Positions 27,428-38,324 of a stretch of 52,350 nucleotides of DNA are shown piece after piece (the stretch's first letter is position 1; each line of letters starts with the position of its first letter). This stretch comes from Candidatus Rokuibacteriota bacterium. GTDB lineage: Bacteria > Methylomirabilota > Methylomirabilia > Rokubacteriales > DASRDR01. The notes under the pieces are model-generated. The model saw only the letters and a list, made by a program, of their open reading frames with translations, was not told the origin of the DNA and did not search any database. The DNA is taken from assembly GCA_044866005.1 (NCBI GenBank), contig JBIOTN010000136.1:1-52350 (forward strand), in the 5' to 3' direction. The position numbers and the translations under genes were made by a program.

Positions 27428-27453
27428 CCGCCGACCGCCGCGGCGGTCGGCGG
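27428..27453. terminator. 26-bp perfect palindrome after cpoB (possible terminator/stabiliser hairpin)
   Basis: CCGCCGACCGCCGCGGCGGTCGGCGG; no U-tract. Confidence 0.4.
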
Positions 27454-27523
27454 ATCGCCTCCAACGTGGCGGATTCGTTCGCGATCCATGCTCCCGCCAT
27501 CGGCCCGGGCGCGGCCCGTTTTC

Positions 27524-27551
27524 TTGACTGCCCTCCGGGCGCCCGTATACT
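27524..27551 (+). promoter_or_regulatory. sigma70-type promoter of the dprA-topA-xerC-hslVU operon
   Basis: TTGACT-N16-TATACT. Confidence 0.65.
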
Positions 27552-27619
27552 ATGGCGGCTACTTTTCGGCTCGCCCTCCGAGCCGATGGCCTTGAAACGT
27601 GGTGTATGGTGAATGAGAG

Positions 27620-28717
27620 ATGGATGATCGCTGGATGTGGGTCGCGCTCGCGCTGGTGCCGGAGGTCGGATGGAACGCGCGCCGCTACCACGAGCTGCTC
27701 GGCATCGGGCAGCCCGCGGCGGTGTTCCGCGCCTCGCAGCGCGCGCTCGCGACGCGAGTGGGGGACGAGCTGGCCGCCGCGGTGAAGGCGTTCGATGCGA
27801 TGGGCACGGCGGAGCGACAGCACGCGGCTGCGCAGGCGGCCGGCGCGCGGCTCGTCACGCTGCAGGACGCGGAGTATCCCGCCGGGCTCAAGAATGTCCC
27901 GCTGCCCCCGCCCTTCCTCTTCGTGCGGGGCGCGCTGGCGCGGGAGGACTCGCTCGCGGTCGCGGTCGTGGGCTCCCGCCGCGCCAGCCCGTACGGGGCC
28001 CGGACCGCCGAGCGCCTCGCGGAAGACCTCGCCGCGCGCGGCGTCGCGGTCGTGAGCGGCCTCGCGCGCGGCGTGGATACCGCGGCCCACCGGGGCGCGC
28101 TCGGCGCCGGCGGCCGAACGCTCGCCGTCCTCGGTTCCGGCCTGGACGTGGTCTATCCGCCCGAGAACGGGCCGCTGGCGCGGCGGATCGCGGAGAGCGG
28201 CGCGCTCGTCTCGCAGTTTCCCATGGGCACGCGGCCGCTCCCGCAACACTTCCCGATCCGGAACCGGGTCATCGCCGGTGTCGCGCTCGGCACGGTGGTC
28301 GTCGAGGCGAGCGAGCGGAGCGGCGCCCTGATCACGGCACGGCTCGCCGGTGAGCTCGGCCGCGAGGTCTACGCGGTCCCGGGGAACGTCTCGTCGGCGA
28401 CGAGCGACGGCACGAACCGGCTGATCCAGGACGGCGCGAAGCTCGTCCGCGACTGGCAGGACGTCGTCGCCGAGTGGCCGGAGGTGTGGCGCCGGGCCCT
28501 CAAGCCCGTCGCCGCCGCTCCCGCCGCGAGCGCCGACGCCGCGCCTCGAGGGCCCGACGCCCGGCTCCTCCCGCTGCTGGGAGACGAGCCCCTCCCCATC
28601 GACGGGGTCGTCGAGCGGACGGGCCTCCCCGCGGCCGACGTCGCGGCCTCGCTCATGTCACTCGAGCTGCGCGGGCTCGTGCGCCAGGTGCCCGGCCAGG
28701 GCTACGTGCGAAAGTAA
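27620..28717 (+). CDS. dprA: DNA-processing protein DprA/Smf
   Basis: VAVVGSR, VSGLARGVDTAAH, FPIRNRVI, VEASERSGALITA, C-terminal LELRGLV winged helix. Confidence 0.95.
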   Translation: MDDRWMWVALALVPEVGWNARRYHELLGIGQPAAVFRASQRALATRVGDELAAAVKAFDAMGTAERQHAAAQAAGARLVTLQDAEYPAGLKNVPLPPPFLFVRGALAREDSLAVAVVGSRRASPYGARTAERLAEDLAARGVAVVSGLARGVDTAAHRGALGAGGRTLAVLGSGLDVVYPPENGPLARRIAESGALVSQFPMGTRPLPQHFPIRNRVIAGVALGTVVVEASERSGALITARLAGELGREVYAVPGNVSSATSDGTNRLIQDGAKLVRDWQDVVAEWPEVWRRALKPVAAAPAASADAAPRGPDARLLPLLGDEPLPIDGVVERTGLPAADVAASLMSLELRGLVRQVPGQGYVRK

Positions 28718-28723
28718 GCGGGC

Positions 28724-30973
28724 ATGGCCACGCGTCGCGCCCTCGTCGTCGTCGAGTCGCCCACGAAGGTCAAGACGATCCAGAAGTATCTGGACAAGAG
28801 CTTCGTGGTGAAGGCGTCCCTCGGCCACGTGAAGGATCTGCCCTCGAACAAGCTCGGCGTGGACGTGGAGAAGAACTTCAAGCCCCACTACGTCCCGCTG
28901 CGGGCGAAGGCGAAGGTCCTCCAGGAGCTGAAGAAGGCGGCGGAGCGCGCCCAGGCCCTCTACGTGGCCACCGACCCCGACCGCGAAGGCGAGGCCATCG
29001 GCTGGCACGTCGCGCAGGAGACGCGCTTCCCGCACGATCGCGTCCACCGCGTCCTCTTCAACGAGATCACCGAGAAGGCGGTGAAGGCCGCCTTCCGGCA
29101 GCCCGGGAAGATCGACCAGAAGAAGGTGGACGCCCAGCAGGCCCGCCGCGTGCTGGACCGGCTGGTCGGCTACAAGATCAGCCCGCTCCTCTGGGAGCGC
29201 GTCCGCCGGGGGCTGTCGGCGGGCCGCGTCCAGTCGGTGGCGGTGCGCCTGGTCTGCGAGCGCGAGCGCGAGATCCGCGCCTTCGTCCCGCAGGAGTACT
29301 GGAGCCTCCACGCGCACCTCGAGGCGGCCGGCCCGCCACCCTTCGTGGCGACGCTCCGCGAGAAGGCCGGCGAGAAGGTCGCCCTCGGCACGGAGACCGA
29401 TACGCGGGCCGTCATGGCGGAGCTCGAACCGCTCGGCTTCCTGGTCAAGGACGTCGTGCGGGGCGAGCGCCGGCGGAACCCCGCGCCGCCCTTCATCACC
29501 TCGACGCTCCAGCAGGAAGCGGCGCGGAAGCTCCGCTTCTCCGCCTCCAAGACGATGACGGTGGCGCAGCAGCTCTACGAAGGCGTGGAGCTGGGCGAGG
29601 GCGGCCCGGTCGGCCTGATCACGTACATGCGGACCGACTCGCCGCGCATCGCGGCCGAGGCCCAGGCGGCGGCGCGCACGGTGATCGCCGGGCGGTTCGG
29701 CGAGGAGACGCTCCCGGAGGAGCCGCCGACCTATCGCGCCCGCAAGTCGGCCCAGGAGGCTCACGAGGCGATCCGGCCGACGCTCGTGGAGCAAGGGCCG
29801 GAGGAGCTGGCGCGCTACCTGACCCGCGACCAGCTCGCGCTCTACCGCCTCATCTGGGGGCGCTTCCTGGCGAGCCAGATGCGGCCGGCCGTCTACGACA
29901 CCCTCACCGTGGACGTGACCGCGGGACCCTATCTCTTCCGCGCCCTCGGCTCCGCGCTCCGGGTGCCCGGCTTCATGGCCGTCTACATCGAGGCGCCGGA
30001 CGACAGCCGCGCCGCGGCGGAGGACGAGGGCGAGGTCGCGACGCTGCCGGCGCTCGAGCCCGGCCAGCGCCTGCGCCTGGAGCGCCTCGAGCCCAAGCAG
30101 CACTTCACCCAGCCGCCGCCGCGGTACACCGAGGCCTCGCTCGTCAAGGAGCTGGAGGAGAAGGGGATCGGCCGGCCCTCCACCTACGCCCAGATCCTCA
30201 CCACGATCCAGAAGCGCGGATACGTGCGCCGCGACCGCGGCACGCTCCATCCCACCGACCTGGGGGAGGTCGTCACGGACCTCCTCGTGGAGGCGTTTCC
30301 CGACCTCCTGGAGGTCGCCTTCACCGCGCAGATGGAGGAGTCGCTCGACGAGATCGAGGAAGGCGAGGAGAAGTGGGCCGAGGTCGTCGAGCGCTACTAC
30401 CGGCCGTTCGCCAAGGACCTCAAGCGCGCGCACCGCGAGATGGACGACCTGAAGAAAGGCAAGCCGACCGACGAGACGTGCCCGCAGTGCGGCCAGGGCC
30501 AGCTCCTCGAGCGCTGGGGCCGCTTCGGCCGCTTCCTCGCCTGCGAGCGCTATCCCGACTGCAAGTACACCCGGAACGTCGGCGAGAACGGGGCCGCCGA
30601 GCCGCAGCCGGCCGGGATGGATTGCCCGACCTGCGGCAAGCCGATGGTCTACAAGGAAGGCCGCTTCGGGCGGTTCATCGCCTGCTCGGGCTACCCCGAG
30701 TGCAAGACGACGCGCCCGATCACGATCGGGATCGCCTGTCCGCGGGAAGGGTGCGGCGGCGAGCTGACCGAGCGACGCTCCAAGCGCGGCAAGCTCTACT
30801 ACGGGTGCGCGAACTACCCCACCTGCACGTTCGTCGTGTGGCAGCGGCCGGTCGCGAGCCCCTGCCCGAAGTGCGGCGCGCCATTCCTCCTCGCGCGGGC
30901 GAGCCGCGGCAAGCGCTTCCTGGTCTGCTGGCGCGAGGGATGCGATTACCGCCGGGACGCCGACGACGGCTGA
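28724..30973 (+). CDS. topA: DNA topoisomerase I
   Basis: VVESPTK, ATDPDREGEAI, SAGRVQS, LITYMRTDS, GIGRPSTY, C-terminal zinc ribbons. Confidence 0.97.
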   Translation: MATRRALVVVESPTKVKTIQKYLDKSFVVKASLGHVKDLPSNKLGVDVEKNFKPHYVPLRAKAKVLQELKKAAERAQALYVATDPDREGEAIGWHVAQETRFPHDRVHRVLFNEITEKAVKAAFRQPGKIDQKKVDAQQARRVLDRLVGYKISPLLWERVRRGLSAGRVQSVAVRLVCEREREIRAFVPQEYWSLHAHLEAAGPPPFVATLREKAGEKVALGTETDTRAVMAELEPLGFLVKDVVRGERRRNPAPPFITSTLQQEAARKLRFSASKTMTVAQQLYEGVELGEGGPVGLITYMRTDSPRIAAEAQAAARTVIAGRFGEETLPEEPPTYRARKSAQEAHEAIRPTLVEQGPEELARYLTRDQLALYRLIWGRFLASQMRPAVYDTLTVDVTAGPYLFRALGSALRVPGFMAVYIEAPDDSRAAAEDEGEVATLPALEPGQRLRLERLEPKQHFTQPPPRYTEASLVKELEEKGIGRPSTYAQILTTIQKRGYVRRDRGTLHPTDLGEVVTDLLVEAFPDLLEVAFTAQMEESLDEIEEGEEKWAEVVERYYRPFAKDLKRAHREMDDLKKGKPTDETCPQCGQGQLLERWGRFGRFLACERYPDCKYTRNVGENGAAEPQPAGMDCPTCGKPMVYKEGRFGRFIACSGYPECKTTRPITIGIACPREGCGGELTERRSKRGKLYYGCANYPTCTFVVWQRPVASPCPKCGAPFLLARASRGKRFLVCWREGCDYRRDADDG

Positions 30974-30986
30974 GCGCGGGCGCGCG

Positions 30987-31889
30987 GTGCGGTCGGGGAC
31001 TCCGCCTCCGGTCGAGCAGTTTCTGCGATACCTGGCGGTCGAGCGCGGCGCCTCCGGCCACACGCGGCGAAGCTACGCGGCCGACCTGGCGGACTGCGCG
31101 GCCTTCCTGGCCGCGCGGCGCTTCGGCACGCTGGTCGACGCCGACGCCCGGGCCCTCCGCGCCTACCTCGCCGACCTCCACGAGCGGGGGCTGGCCAAGA
31201 GCTCGGTGGCGCGCCGCCTGGCGGCGCTCCGCAGCTTCTACCGCTTCCTGATCCGCCGCCGGCGGGCCCGCGCCAACCCGGCGGGCGACGTGCAGACGCC
31301 GCGGCTCCCCGGCCGGCTGCCGGGCTACCTCCCCATCGACGAGTCGGAGGCGCTCCTGCGGGCCTCCGTCCCCGCGACGCCGGCGGGCGCCCGGGACCGG
31401 GCGATCCTGGAGCTCCTCTACGCGACCGGCGTGCGGGTCGCGGAGCTCGCCGGGCTCGACGTCGGCGACGTCGATCTCCGCGAGGCCATGGTGCGGGTCC
31501 TGGGCAAGGGCGGCAAGGAGCGCGTGGTGCCGATGGGGCAAAAGGCCGTCGCCGCGCTCCGCGCCTACCTGGGCCAGGGCGGCGCGGAGGATGGACCGGA
31601 GCGCTCGGCGGGCGCGCTCTTCCTGAACCGCCGCGGCGGGCGGCTCACGCCGCGCAGCGTGCGGCGGATCGTGCGCGCCCGGGCCCGCGCCGCCGGGCTC
31701 TCCCGGCGGACGAGCCCCCACACGCTCCGCCACACCTTCGCCACGCACCTCCTGGACGCGGGCGCCGACCTGCGCCTCATCCAGGAGCTCCTGGGGCACG
31801 CGCGGCTCGGGACGACGCAGAAGTACACCCACGTGAGCGCGGAGCGCCTCATGAAGGTCTACGACGCCGCGCACCCGCGGGCGCTCTGA
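30987..31889 (+). CDS. xerC: Tyrosine recombinase XerC
   Basis: [32 protein letters not shown]...TTQKY; topA-xerC-hslVU synteny. Confidence 0.92.
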   Translation: MRSGTPPPVEQFLRYLAVERGASGHTRRSYAADLADCAAFLAARRFGTLVDADARALRAYLADLHERGLAKSSVARRLAALRSFYRFLIRRRRARANPAGDVQTPRLPGRLPGYLPIDESEALLRASVPATPAGARDRAILELLYATGVRVAELAGLDVGDVDLREAMVRVLGKGGKERVVPMGQKAVAALRAYLGQGGAEDGPERSAGALFLNRRGGRLTPRSVRRIVRARARAAGLSRRTSPHTLRHTFATHLLDAGADLRLIQELLGHARLGTTQKYTHVSAERLMKVYDAAHPRAL

Positions 31890-32428
31890 TGGCCGCCGGG
31901 CGACTGCGCGGCACGACGGTCGTGGCGGTGCGCCACCGCGGCCGCGTGGCGATGGGCGGGGACGGGCAGGTGAGTCTGGGCCCGACGATCGTCAAGCAGA
32001 CGGCGCGAAAGGTGCGGAAGCTCTACCACGACCGGGCGCTCGCGGGGTTCGCCGGGACCGCGGCGGACTCCTTCACGCTCTTCGAGCGCTTCGAGTCGAA
32101 GCTCGAGCAGTACCGCGGCAACCTGCGGCGCGCGGCCGTCGAGCTGGCCAAGGAGTGGCGCTCCGACCGCGTCCTGCGCCGGCTCGAGGCCCTCCTGGCG
32201 GTGGCCGACGCGGAGACCTCGTTCATCCTGTCGGGGACCGGCGAGGTGATCGAGCCGGACGACGGGCTCATCGGGATCGGGTCGGGCGGCCCCTTCGCGC
32301 TCGCCGCGGCGCGGGCGCTCATCGGCCATTCCGACCTCGACGCCAAGGCCATCGTCGGCGAGGCCATGCGCATCGCCGCGGGCATCTGCGTGTACACGAA
32401 CGACCAGGTCACCGTCGAGGAGCTGTAA
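31889..32428 (+). CDS. hslV: ATP-dependent protease peptidase subunit
   Basis: [32 protein letters not shown]. Confidence 0.96.
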   Translation: MAAGRLRGTTVVAVRHRGRVAMGGDGQVSLGPTIVKQTARKVRKLYHDRALAGFAGTAADSFTLFERFESKLEQYRGNLRRAAVELAKEWRSDRVLRRLEALLAVADAETSFILSGTGEVIEPDDGLIGIGSGGPFALAAARALIGHSDLDAKAIVGEAMRIAAGICVYTNDQVTVEEL

Positions 32429-32431
32429 CCG

Positions 32432-33796
32432 GTGAGCGCGGCAGGCCGGCTCACGCCCGCCCAGATCGTGGGGGAGCTCGACCGCTACATCATCGGCCAG
32501 GACAAGGCCAAGCGCGCCGTGGCCGTGGCCCTCCGCAACCGCTGGCGCCGGCAGAACCTGCCGGCCGATCTCCGCGACGAGGTGGCGCCGAAGAACATCA
32601 TCATGATCGGCCCCACGGGCGTGGGGAAGACCGAGATCGCCCGCCGGCTCGCCCGGCTCGCGCAGGCGCCATTCCTCAAGGTCGAGGCGTCCAAGTACAC
32701 CGAGGTCGGCTACGTCGGGCGCGACGTCGAGTCCATGATCCGCGACCTCACCGAGCTCGCCGTGAACATGGTGAAGGCGGAGATGACGGAGGCGGTCGCG
32801 GAGAAGGCCGACCAGGCGGCCGAGGACCGCCTGCTGGATCTCCTCCTCCCCCGGACGCGCGGGCGCGAGCCGGTCGGCTTCGAGACCGTCGAGGAGGTCT
32901 CGCCCGAGGCGAGCCGGGCGGCCACCAAGGAGAAGCTCCGGAACCAGCTCCGCGCCGGGCGGCTCGACGAGCGGCTGATCGAGCTGGAGGTCAGGGCCCA
33001 GGCCGCGCCGATGATCGAGATCTTCTCCGCGACGGGGATGGGCGAGATGGACCAGAATCTGCGCGACATGCTCTCGCAGATGCTCCCCACCCGGACGAAG
33101 CAGCGGAAGGTCAAGGTCCGCGAGGCCAAGCGGCTCCTGGCCCAGGAAGAGGCGCAGAAGCTCATCGACATGGACGAGGTGACGGGCCAGGCGATCCGGC
33201 GCGTGGAGAACTCGGGGATCATCTTCCTGGACGAGCTCGACAAGATCGCGGGGCGCGAGCGAGGCCAGGGGCCCGACGTCTCGCGGGAGGGCGTCCAGCG
33301 CGACCTCTTGCCGATCGTCGAGGGCTCGACGGTGATGACGAAGTACGGGATGGTGCGGACCGACCACATCCTCTTCATCGCGGCCGGCGCGTTCCACGTC
33401 GCCAAGCCGTCGGACCTGATTCCGGAGCTCCAGGGCCGGTTCCCCATCCGGGTGGAGCTCGAGCCCCTGACCCGGGGCGACTTCGTCCGCATCCTGACCG
33501 AGCCCCGGAACGCGCTGATCACCCAGTACATCGAGCTCCTGCGGACGGAGGGGGTGACGCTCCACTTCTCCCCCGACGCGGTCGAGGCAGTCGCCGAGAT
33601 CGCCACGGGGGTCAACGAGCGCACCGAGAACATCGGCGCCCGGCGGCTCTACACCATCCTGGAGCGGCTCCTCGAGGAGATCTCCTTTCACGCGCCGGAC
33701 ATGCCCGGGAAAGCCGTGACCATCGACGCCGGCTACGTCCACGCGCGCCTCGCCGACGTCCTGAAGGACGAGGACCTGAGCCGGTACATCCTGTGA
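32432..33796 (+). CDS. hslU: ATP-dependent protease ATPase subunit
   Basis: [50 protein letters not shown]. Confidence 0.97.
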   Translation: MSAAGRLTPAQIVGELDRYIIGQDKAKRAVAVALRNRWRRQNLPADLRDEVAPKNIIMIGPTGVGKTEIARRLARLAQAPFLKVEASKYTEVGYVGRDVESMIRDLTELAVNMVKAEMTEAVAEKADQAAEDRLLDLLLPRTRGREPVGFETVEEVSPEASRAATKEKLRNQLRAGRLDERLIELEVRAQAAPMIEIFSATGMGEMDQNLRDMLSQMLPTRTKQRKVKVREAKRLLAQEEAQKLIDMDEVTGQAIRRVENSGIIFLDELDKIAGRERGQGPDVSREGVQRDLLPIVEGSTVMTKYGMVRTDHILFIAAGAFHVAKPSDLIPELQGRFPIRVELEPLTRGDFVRILTEPRNALITQYIELLRTEGVTLHFSPDAVEAVAEIATGVNERTENIGARRLYTILERLLEEISFHAPDMPGKAVTIDAGYVHARLADVLKDEDLSRYIL

Positions 33797-33838
33797 GCGA
33801 CGGGAGGGCCACACGGTGACGGAGCCGTGACGGCAGCC

Positions 33839-34705
33839 ATGGAAAAGCTCATCGAGAAGGCCGGGACCCTGATGGAGGCGCTGCCCTACATCCGCGCCTT
33901 CTGGGGGAAGACGTTCGTCATCAAGTACGGCGGCGCGGCCATGGAGGCGCCGCACCTCACCGAAGGCTTCGCCCTCGACGTCCTCCTCCTCAAGTACGTG
34001 GGGATGCACCCCGTCATCGTGCACGGGGGAGGACCGCAGATCGACGCGGTGATGAAGCGGCTGGGCAAGACGCCGCGCCGGGTCGGGGGGATGCGCGTGA
34101 CCGACGAGGAGACGATGGAGATCGTCGAGATGGTCCTGGTCGGCCGCATCAACCAGGAGATCGTCGGCCTCATCAATCACCACGGCGGTCGCGCCGTGGG
34201 CCTCTCGGGAAAGGACGGCGGCCTCATCCGCGCGCGGAAGATGACCCATCGCGGGGCGAGCGGCGAGACCGTGGACATCGGCCTCGTCGGAGAGGTGGCG
34301 GAGATCAACCCCGAGCCCATCCGGCTCCTCGAGCAGAACGGCTTCATCCCCGTCATCGCCCCCGTCGGCGTCGGGGCGGACGGCGAGACCTACAACATCA
34401 ACGCCGATCTGGTGGCCGGGGAGGTGGCCGCGGCGCTCAAGGCCGAGAAGCTCATCCATCTGACGGACGTGGAGGGGATCACGGGGCCGGGCGGCGAGCT
34501 CATCTCCACGCTCTCCCAGGCCGAGGCCCAGCGCCTGGTGACCGCCGCCGTCATCAAGGGCGGGATGCTGCCGAAGGTCGAGTCGGCGCTGCGGGCGCTG
34601 GCCGGCGGGACGGCCAAGACCCACATCCTGGACGGCCGCATCCCCCACGCCATCCTCCTGGAGATCTTCACCAGAGAGGGGATCGGCACCGAGATCGTCC
34701 TGTGA
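33839..34705 (+). CDS. argB: Acetylglutamate kinase
   Basis: EALPYI, IKYGGAAM, VHGGGPQI, YNINAD, GGMLPKV. Confidence 0.96.
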   Translation: MEKLIEKAGTLMEALPYIRAFWGKTFVIKYGGAAMEAPHLTEGFALDVLLLKYVGMHPVIVHGGGPQIDAVMKRLGKTPRRVGGMRVTDEETMEIVEMVLVGRINQEIVGLINHHGGRAVGLSGKDGGLIRARKMTHRGASGETVDIGLVGEVAEINPEPIRLLEQNGFIPVIAPVGVGADGETYNINADLVAGEVAAALKAEKLIHLTDVEGITGPGGELISTLSQAEAQRLVTAAVIKGGMLPKVESALRALAGGTAKTHILDGRIPHAILLEIFTREGIGTEIVL

Positions 34706-34959
34706 GCGGGTGGGCGCGCCCCCGTCCGCCCCGCCCCCGCGGGGCCTGTCGCTCCCCCCGGGAGATGGGGTAAGATAGGCCCGCCATGACGCCCCCCGCC
34801 TGGAGCCTCCGGAACAGGCCCGGCCCCGGCCGAGGACGAAGGGCGCTCCCTCGTCCCGGACCGGGGGATCCCGACCCGGGCCGGGCCGTCGCCCGCTAGG
34901 CGCGCGGCCCCTCCACCGCTCTCGCGCCCGCGGCGCCCCGCCGCGCTCCGGAGGACCGA

Positions 34960-36162
34960 ATGAGCCAGGACACGAAGACCCTTCTGGATTGGGCCGACCG
35001 CTACCTCATGCCGAACTACGCGCGGGCGCCGCTCTGCCTCGTCCGCGGCGAGGGCGTCCGCGTCTGGGACACCGATGGCAAGGAGTACCTCGACTTCGTG
35101 GGCGGCATCGCCGTGGACGCGCTCGGGCACAGCCACCCGAAGATCGTGGGAGCCATCCGGGAGCAGGCGACCGTGCTCCTCCACGTGTCGAACCTCTACC
35201 AGATCCCCTCGCAGATCCACCTGGCGAAGCTCCTCTGCGAGCACTCGTTCGCGGACCGCGCGTTCTTCTGCAACTCGGGCGCCGAGGCCAACGAGACGGC
35301 GATCAAGCTGGCGCGGAAGTACGCGACCGACACGCTGGCCTCCGACCGCACCGACATCGTGACGATGCGCGGGGGGTTTCACGGCCGCACCATGGGCGCG
35401 CTGTCGGCGACGCCGACCGAGAAGTACCAGCATGGCTTCGGGCCGCTCCTGCCCGGCTTCAAGCACGTGCCCTTCGGGGACCTCGCTGCCGTCGAGCGCG
35501 CGGTGGACAACCGCACGGCGGCGATCCTCGTCGAGCCGGTCCAGGGCGAGGGCGGGGTCCACGTCGCGCCGGACGGCTACCTGGCCGGGCTCCGGCGGAT
35601 CGCCGACGCCAGCGGCGCGCTCCTCATGTTCGACGAGGTCCAGACGGGCCTGGGCCGGACGGGGCGGCTCTGGGCGTACGAGCACTGGGGCGTCGAGCCG
35701 GACGTCATGACCCTCGCCAAGGCCCTGGCCAGCGGCATCCCCATCGGCGCCGTCCTGGCCCGGGAGTCCTGCGCCCGCGTCATGACGGCGGGCACGCACG
35801 GCAGCACGTTCGGCGGGAACCCCTTCGCCACGACGGTGGCCGTGGCCACGCTCACCACGCTGCTGGAGGAGAAGCTGCCGGAGCGGGCGGCGCGGCTGGG
35901 CGCGTACCTGCAGGACCGCCTCCGCGCGCTCGCCTCGCGGACCCCCGCCATCAAGCTGGTGCGGGGGAAGGGGCTGCTGGTCGGCATGGACCTCGACCGG
36001 GCGGCCGCCGGCGTGGTCAGCGCGTGCCGGGACCAGGGGCTGCTGGTGCTGACGGCCGGCGACGCGGTCCTGCGGCTGAGCCCGCCCCTGGTCGTGGAGG
36101 AGGCGGACGTGGACCGGGCCGTGGAGATCCTGGCGCAGGCTCTCGCCCGTCGCCCGGCGTGA
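34960..36162 (+). CDS. argD: Acetylornithine aminotransferase
   Basis: [66 protein letters not shown]. Confidence 0.95.
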   Translation: MSQDTKTLLDWADRYLMPNYARAPLCLVRGEGVRVWDTDGKEYLDFVGGIAVDALGHSHPKIVGAIREQATVLLHVSNLYQIPSQIHLAKLLCEHSFADRAFFCNSGAEANETAIKLARKYATDTLASDRTDIVTMRGGFHGRTMGALSATPTEKYQHGFGPLLPGFKHVPFGDLAAVERAVDNRTAAILVEPVQGEGGVHVAPDGYLAGLRRIADASGALLMFDEVQTGLGRTGRLWAYEHWGVEPDVMTLAKALASGIPIGAVLARESCARVMTAGTHGSTFGGNPFATTVAVATLTTLLEEKLPERAARLGAYLQDRLRALASRTPAIKLVRGKGLLVGMDLDRAAAGVVSACRDQGLLVLTAGDAVLRLSPPLVVEEADVDRAVEILAQALARRPA

Positions 36163-37082
36163 AACACCTCCTGTCGATCACGGACCTCTCGCGCAGCGAC
36201 GTCGAGGAGCTGTTCCGGCTGGCGGCGTCGTTCAAGAGCCGCCTCAAGGCGGGAGAGGTGGCGACCCCCCTGGCCGGGCGCTCGCTCGCCCTCATCTTCG
36301 AGAAACCGTCGCTTCGCACCCGCGTGACGTTCGAGGTCGGCATGACGCAGCTCGGCGGCGCCGCCGTGTATCTCGCCGGTCAGGACATCGGTCTCGGCCG
36401 ACGCGAGTCCGTGCCGGACGTGGCGCGGAACCTGGGGCGCTGGATGGACGGCATCGTCGCCCGCACGTTCGAGCAGGCGACCGTGGAGCGGCTCGCCCGC
36501 CACGCCGGCATCCCGGTCATCAACGGGCTGTCGGATCACGAGCATCCCTGCCAGGCCCTCGCGGATTTCTTCACGCTCTGGGAGCGCGGGCTCTCGCTCG
36601 GGCGCCTCCGCCTCGCGTGGGTCGGCGACGGCAACAACGTCTGTCACTCGGTCGCGCTCCTGGCGGCGCTCGTGGGGACGGAGGTGACGGTGGCCTGCCC
36701 GCCCGGCTACGAGCCGGCCCCCCAGGTGCTGGAGACCGCGCGGGCGCTCGGCGGGCGCGTCGCCGTGGCGGCGGACGTCCGGGAGGCGGTGACGGGCGCG
36801 GACGTCCTCTACACGGACGTCTGGATCAGCATGGGCCAGGAGGCGGAGCGCGAGCGGCGGCTCGAGGCGTTCGCCCGCTACCAGGTGAACGAGCGCGTCC
36901 TCGGCTTCGCCCGGCCCGGCGCCGTGGTCATGCACTGCCTGCCCGCCCACCGCGGCGAGGAGATCGTGGACGCGGTGCTGGACGGGCCGCAGAGCATCGT
37001 GCTCGATCAGGCGGAGAACCGGCTTCACGTGCAGAAGGCCGTGCTGCTCACGCTCCTGGGCGCCGCCGGGCCCCGGCCGTGA
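36159..37082 (+). CDS. argF: Ornithine carbamoyltransferase
   Basis: [45 protein letters not shown] overlap. Confidence 0.95.
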   Translation: MKHLLSITDLSRSDVEELFRLAASFKSRLKAGEVATPLAGRSLALIFEKPSLRTRVTFEVGMTQLGGAAVYLAGQDIGLGRRESVPDVARNLGRWMDGIVARTFEQATVERLARHAGIPVINGLSDHEHPCQALADFFTLWERGLSLGRLRLAWVGDGNNVCHSVALLAALVGTEVTVACPPGYEPAPQVLETARALGGRVAVAADVREAVTGADVLYTDVWISMGQEAERERRLEAFARYQVNERVLGFARPGAVVMHCLPAHRGEEIVDAVLDGPQSIVLDQAENRLHVQKAVLLTLLGAAGPRP

Positions 37083-38284
37083 AACCCAGGAAGATCGTCC
37101 TCGCCTACTCCGGGGGCCTCGACACCTCCGTCATCCTGCGCTGGCTCATCGAGACGTACGGGGCCGAGGTGGTCGCGTTCACCGCCGACCTGGGGCAGGG
37201 CGAGGAGCTGATCCCCATCCGGGACAAGGCGCTCCGCACCGGCGCCAGCCGCGTCCACGTCGCCGACCTCCGCGAGGAGTTCGTCCGCGACTTCGTCTTT
37301 CCGGTCCTCCGGGCGAGCGCGGTGTACGAGTCGGGCTACCTCCTCGGCACGTCCTTCGCCCGGCCGCTGATCGCGCGCCACCAGGTCGCGGTGGCGCGGG
37401 CCGAGGGCGCCGACGCGGTCGCCCACGGCGCGACGGGGAAGGGAAACGATCAGGTCCGGTTCGAGCTGACCTACGCGGCGCTCGCCCCCGCCCTCACGGT
37501 CGTGGCGCCGTGGCGGGAGTGGGACCTTCGCTCCCGCGCCGACATGATGGCGTACGCCGCGAAGCACGGGATCCCGGTGCCGGCCACCCCGGAGCGGCCG
37601 TATTCCATGGACCGGAACCTCTTCCACATCTCCTACGAAGGCGGCATGCTGGAGGATCCCTGGGTCGAGCCGCCGGAGAAGATGTTCCTGCTGACCGTGC
37701 CGCCGGAACAGGCGCCGGACGCCCCGACCTACGTGGAGATCGACTTCGAGGCGGGGACGCCCGTCGCCGTGGACGGCCGGCATCTCGGGCCCGTCGCGCT
37801 CCTGGAGCGCGTCAACCGGCTCGGCGGGGAGCACGGCATCGGCCGCGTGGACGTGGTGGAGAACCGCTACGTCGGCATGAAGTCACGCGGCGTCTACGAG
37901 ACCCCGGGCGGCACGATCCTCCACGTCGCCCACCGGGCGCTGGAGTCGCTGACGCTCGACCGCGAGCTGCTCCATCTCCGGGACTCGCTCGTCCCGCGCT
38001 ACGCCGAGATGGTCTACTACGGCTACTGGTACGCGCCGGAGCGCGAGAGCCTCCAGACGTTCATGGACGAGGCGCAGCGGGACGTGACCGGGACCGTCCG
38101 CCTGAAGCTCTACAAGGGCAACGTCACGGTCGCCGGCCGCCGCTCCCCCCGCTCGCTCTACCGCGAGGACGTCGCGACCTTCGGGCCGGATTCGGTCTAC
38201 CGGCACAAGGACGCGGAGGGCTTCATCCGCCTCAACGCGCTGCGGCTCCGGATCCGGGCCCAGCGGGATCGCCCCTCCGACTAG
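37079..38284 (+). CDS. argG: Argininosuccinate synthase
   Basis: [48 protein letters not shown] overlap. Confidence 0.96.
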   Translation: MKPRKIVLAYSGGLDTSVILRWLIETYGAEVVAFTADLGQGEELIPIRDKALRTGASRVHVADLREEFVRDFVFPVLRASAVYESGYLLGTSFARPLIARHQVAVARAEGADAVAHGATGKGNDQVRFELTYAALAPALTVVAPWREWDLRSRADMMAYAAKHGIPVPATPERPYSMDRNLFHISYEGGMLEDPWVEPPEKMFLLTVPPEQAPDAPTYVEIDFEAGTPVAVDGRHLGPVALLERVNRLGGEHGIGRVDVVENRYVGMKSRGVYETPGGTILHVAHRALESLTLDRELLHLRDSLVPRYAEMVYYGYWYAPERESLQTFMDEAQRDVTGTVRLKLYKGNVTVAGRRSPRSLYREDVATFGPDSVYRHKDAEGFIRLNALRLRIRAQRDRPSD

Positions 38285-38324
38285 CCGGGTGCGAGAACGC
38301 GACGCGGACCGACGGAGAAGCCGC

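Noticed and set aside
30987..31889. Tyrosine recombinase as a phage or island integrase
   Set aside because: About 300 aa, no arm-binding domain, in the conserved dprA-topA-xerC-hslVU context; housekeeping XerC
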